Shown piece after piece: positions 63,729 through 64,000 of a stretch of 64,000 bases of DNA; position 1 is the stretch's first letter, and the number at the start of each line of letters is the position of its first letter. Location of the stretch: positions 4,402,001-4,466,000 of the forward strand of contig CATNEN010000034.1 of assembly GCA_950097015.1 (NCBI GenBank). Reading direction: 5' to 3'. A model generated the notes under the pieces. It made no database searches. It saw nothing but the letters and a program-made list of their open reading frames with translations, and had not been told where the DNA came from. A program made the position numbers and the translations under genes. The stretch is from Macrostomum hystrix. Its lineage: Eukaryota > Animalia > Platyhelminthes.

Positions 63729-64000
63729 TGTGTGCTCCAATATCTCAGATATTGAATATTGAATGCTGTGTGAGCTCCAATATCTAATGATGCGTGTGCT
63801 CCAATATCTAATGATGCGTGTGCTCCAATATCTAATGATGTGTGTGCTCCAATATCTCAGATATTGAATATTGAATGCTGTGTGAGCTCCAATATCTAAT
63901 GATGTGTGTGCTCCAATATCTAATGATGTGTGTGCTCCAATATCTAATGATGTGTGTGCTCCAATATCTAATGATGTGTGTGCTCCAATATCTAATGATG
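63729..64000. repeat. 24-bp minisatellite with an interspersed 40-bp variant; runs off the window end
   Basis: Unit tgtgtgctccaatatctaatgatg; longer variant containing ctcagatattgaatattgaatgc appears twice. Confidence 0.95.

Overview
Eukaryotic (animal, probably invertebrate) genomic DNA with GT-AG spliceosomal introns, AT-rich intergenic DNA and GC-rich exons. No CRISPR array, rRNA or intact tRNA was seen. Splice sites read by hand give frame-consistent models for four conserved genes: first coding exon of VPS45 (-), a complete 4-exon class I fructose-bisphosphate aldolase (+, 364 aa), a complete 13-exon ABCA transporter (+, about 2308 aa) and a complete 4-exon NO66/RIOX1 JmjC oxygenase (+, 613 aa). 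Three genes have no recognisable family name: a multi-exon Gln/Ala/Pro-rich protein (-), a two-exon small secreted Cys-rich protein that the ORF track only partly captures, and a secreted PAN-like plus LamG/ConA protein with one frameshift. The rest is transposon-derived DNA: a Merlin element with a nested MITE, a decayed piggyBac, an RTE-like LINE fragment, tRNA-derived SINEs, a THAP remnant, a candidate solo LTR and several minisatellites. The most unusual structure is a 4.3 kb LTR-less BEL/Pao gag-pol fragment embedded in a 17-bp minisatellite with a fold-back junction. The sequence style resembles a flatworm such as Macrostomum, but that is inference only.
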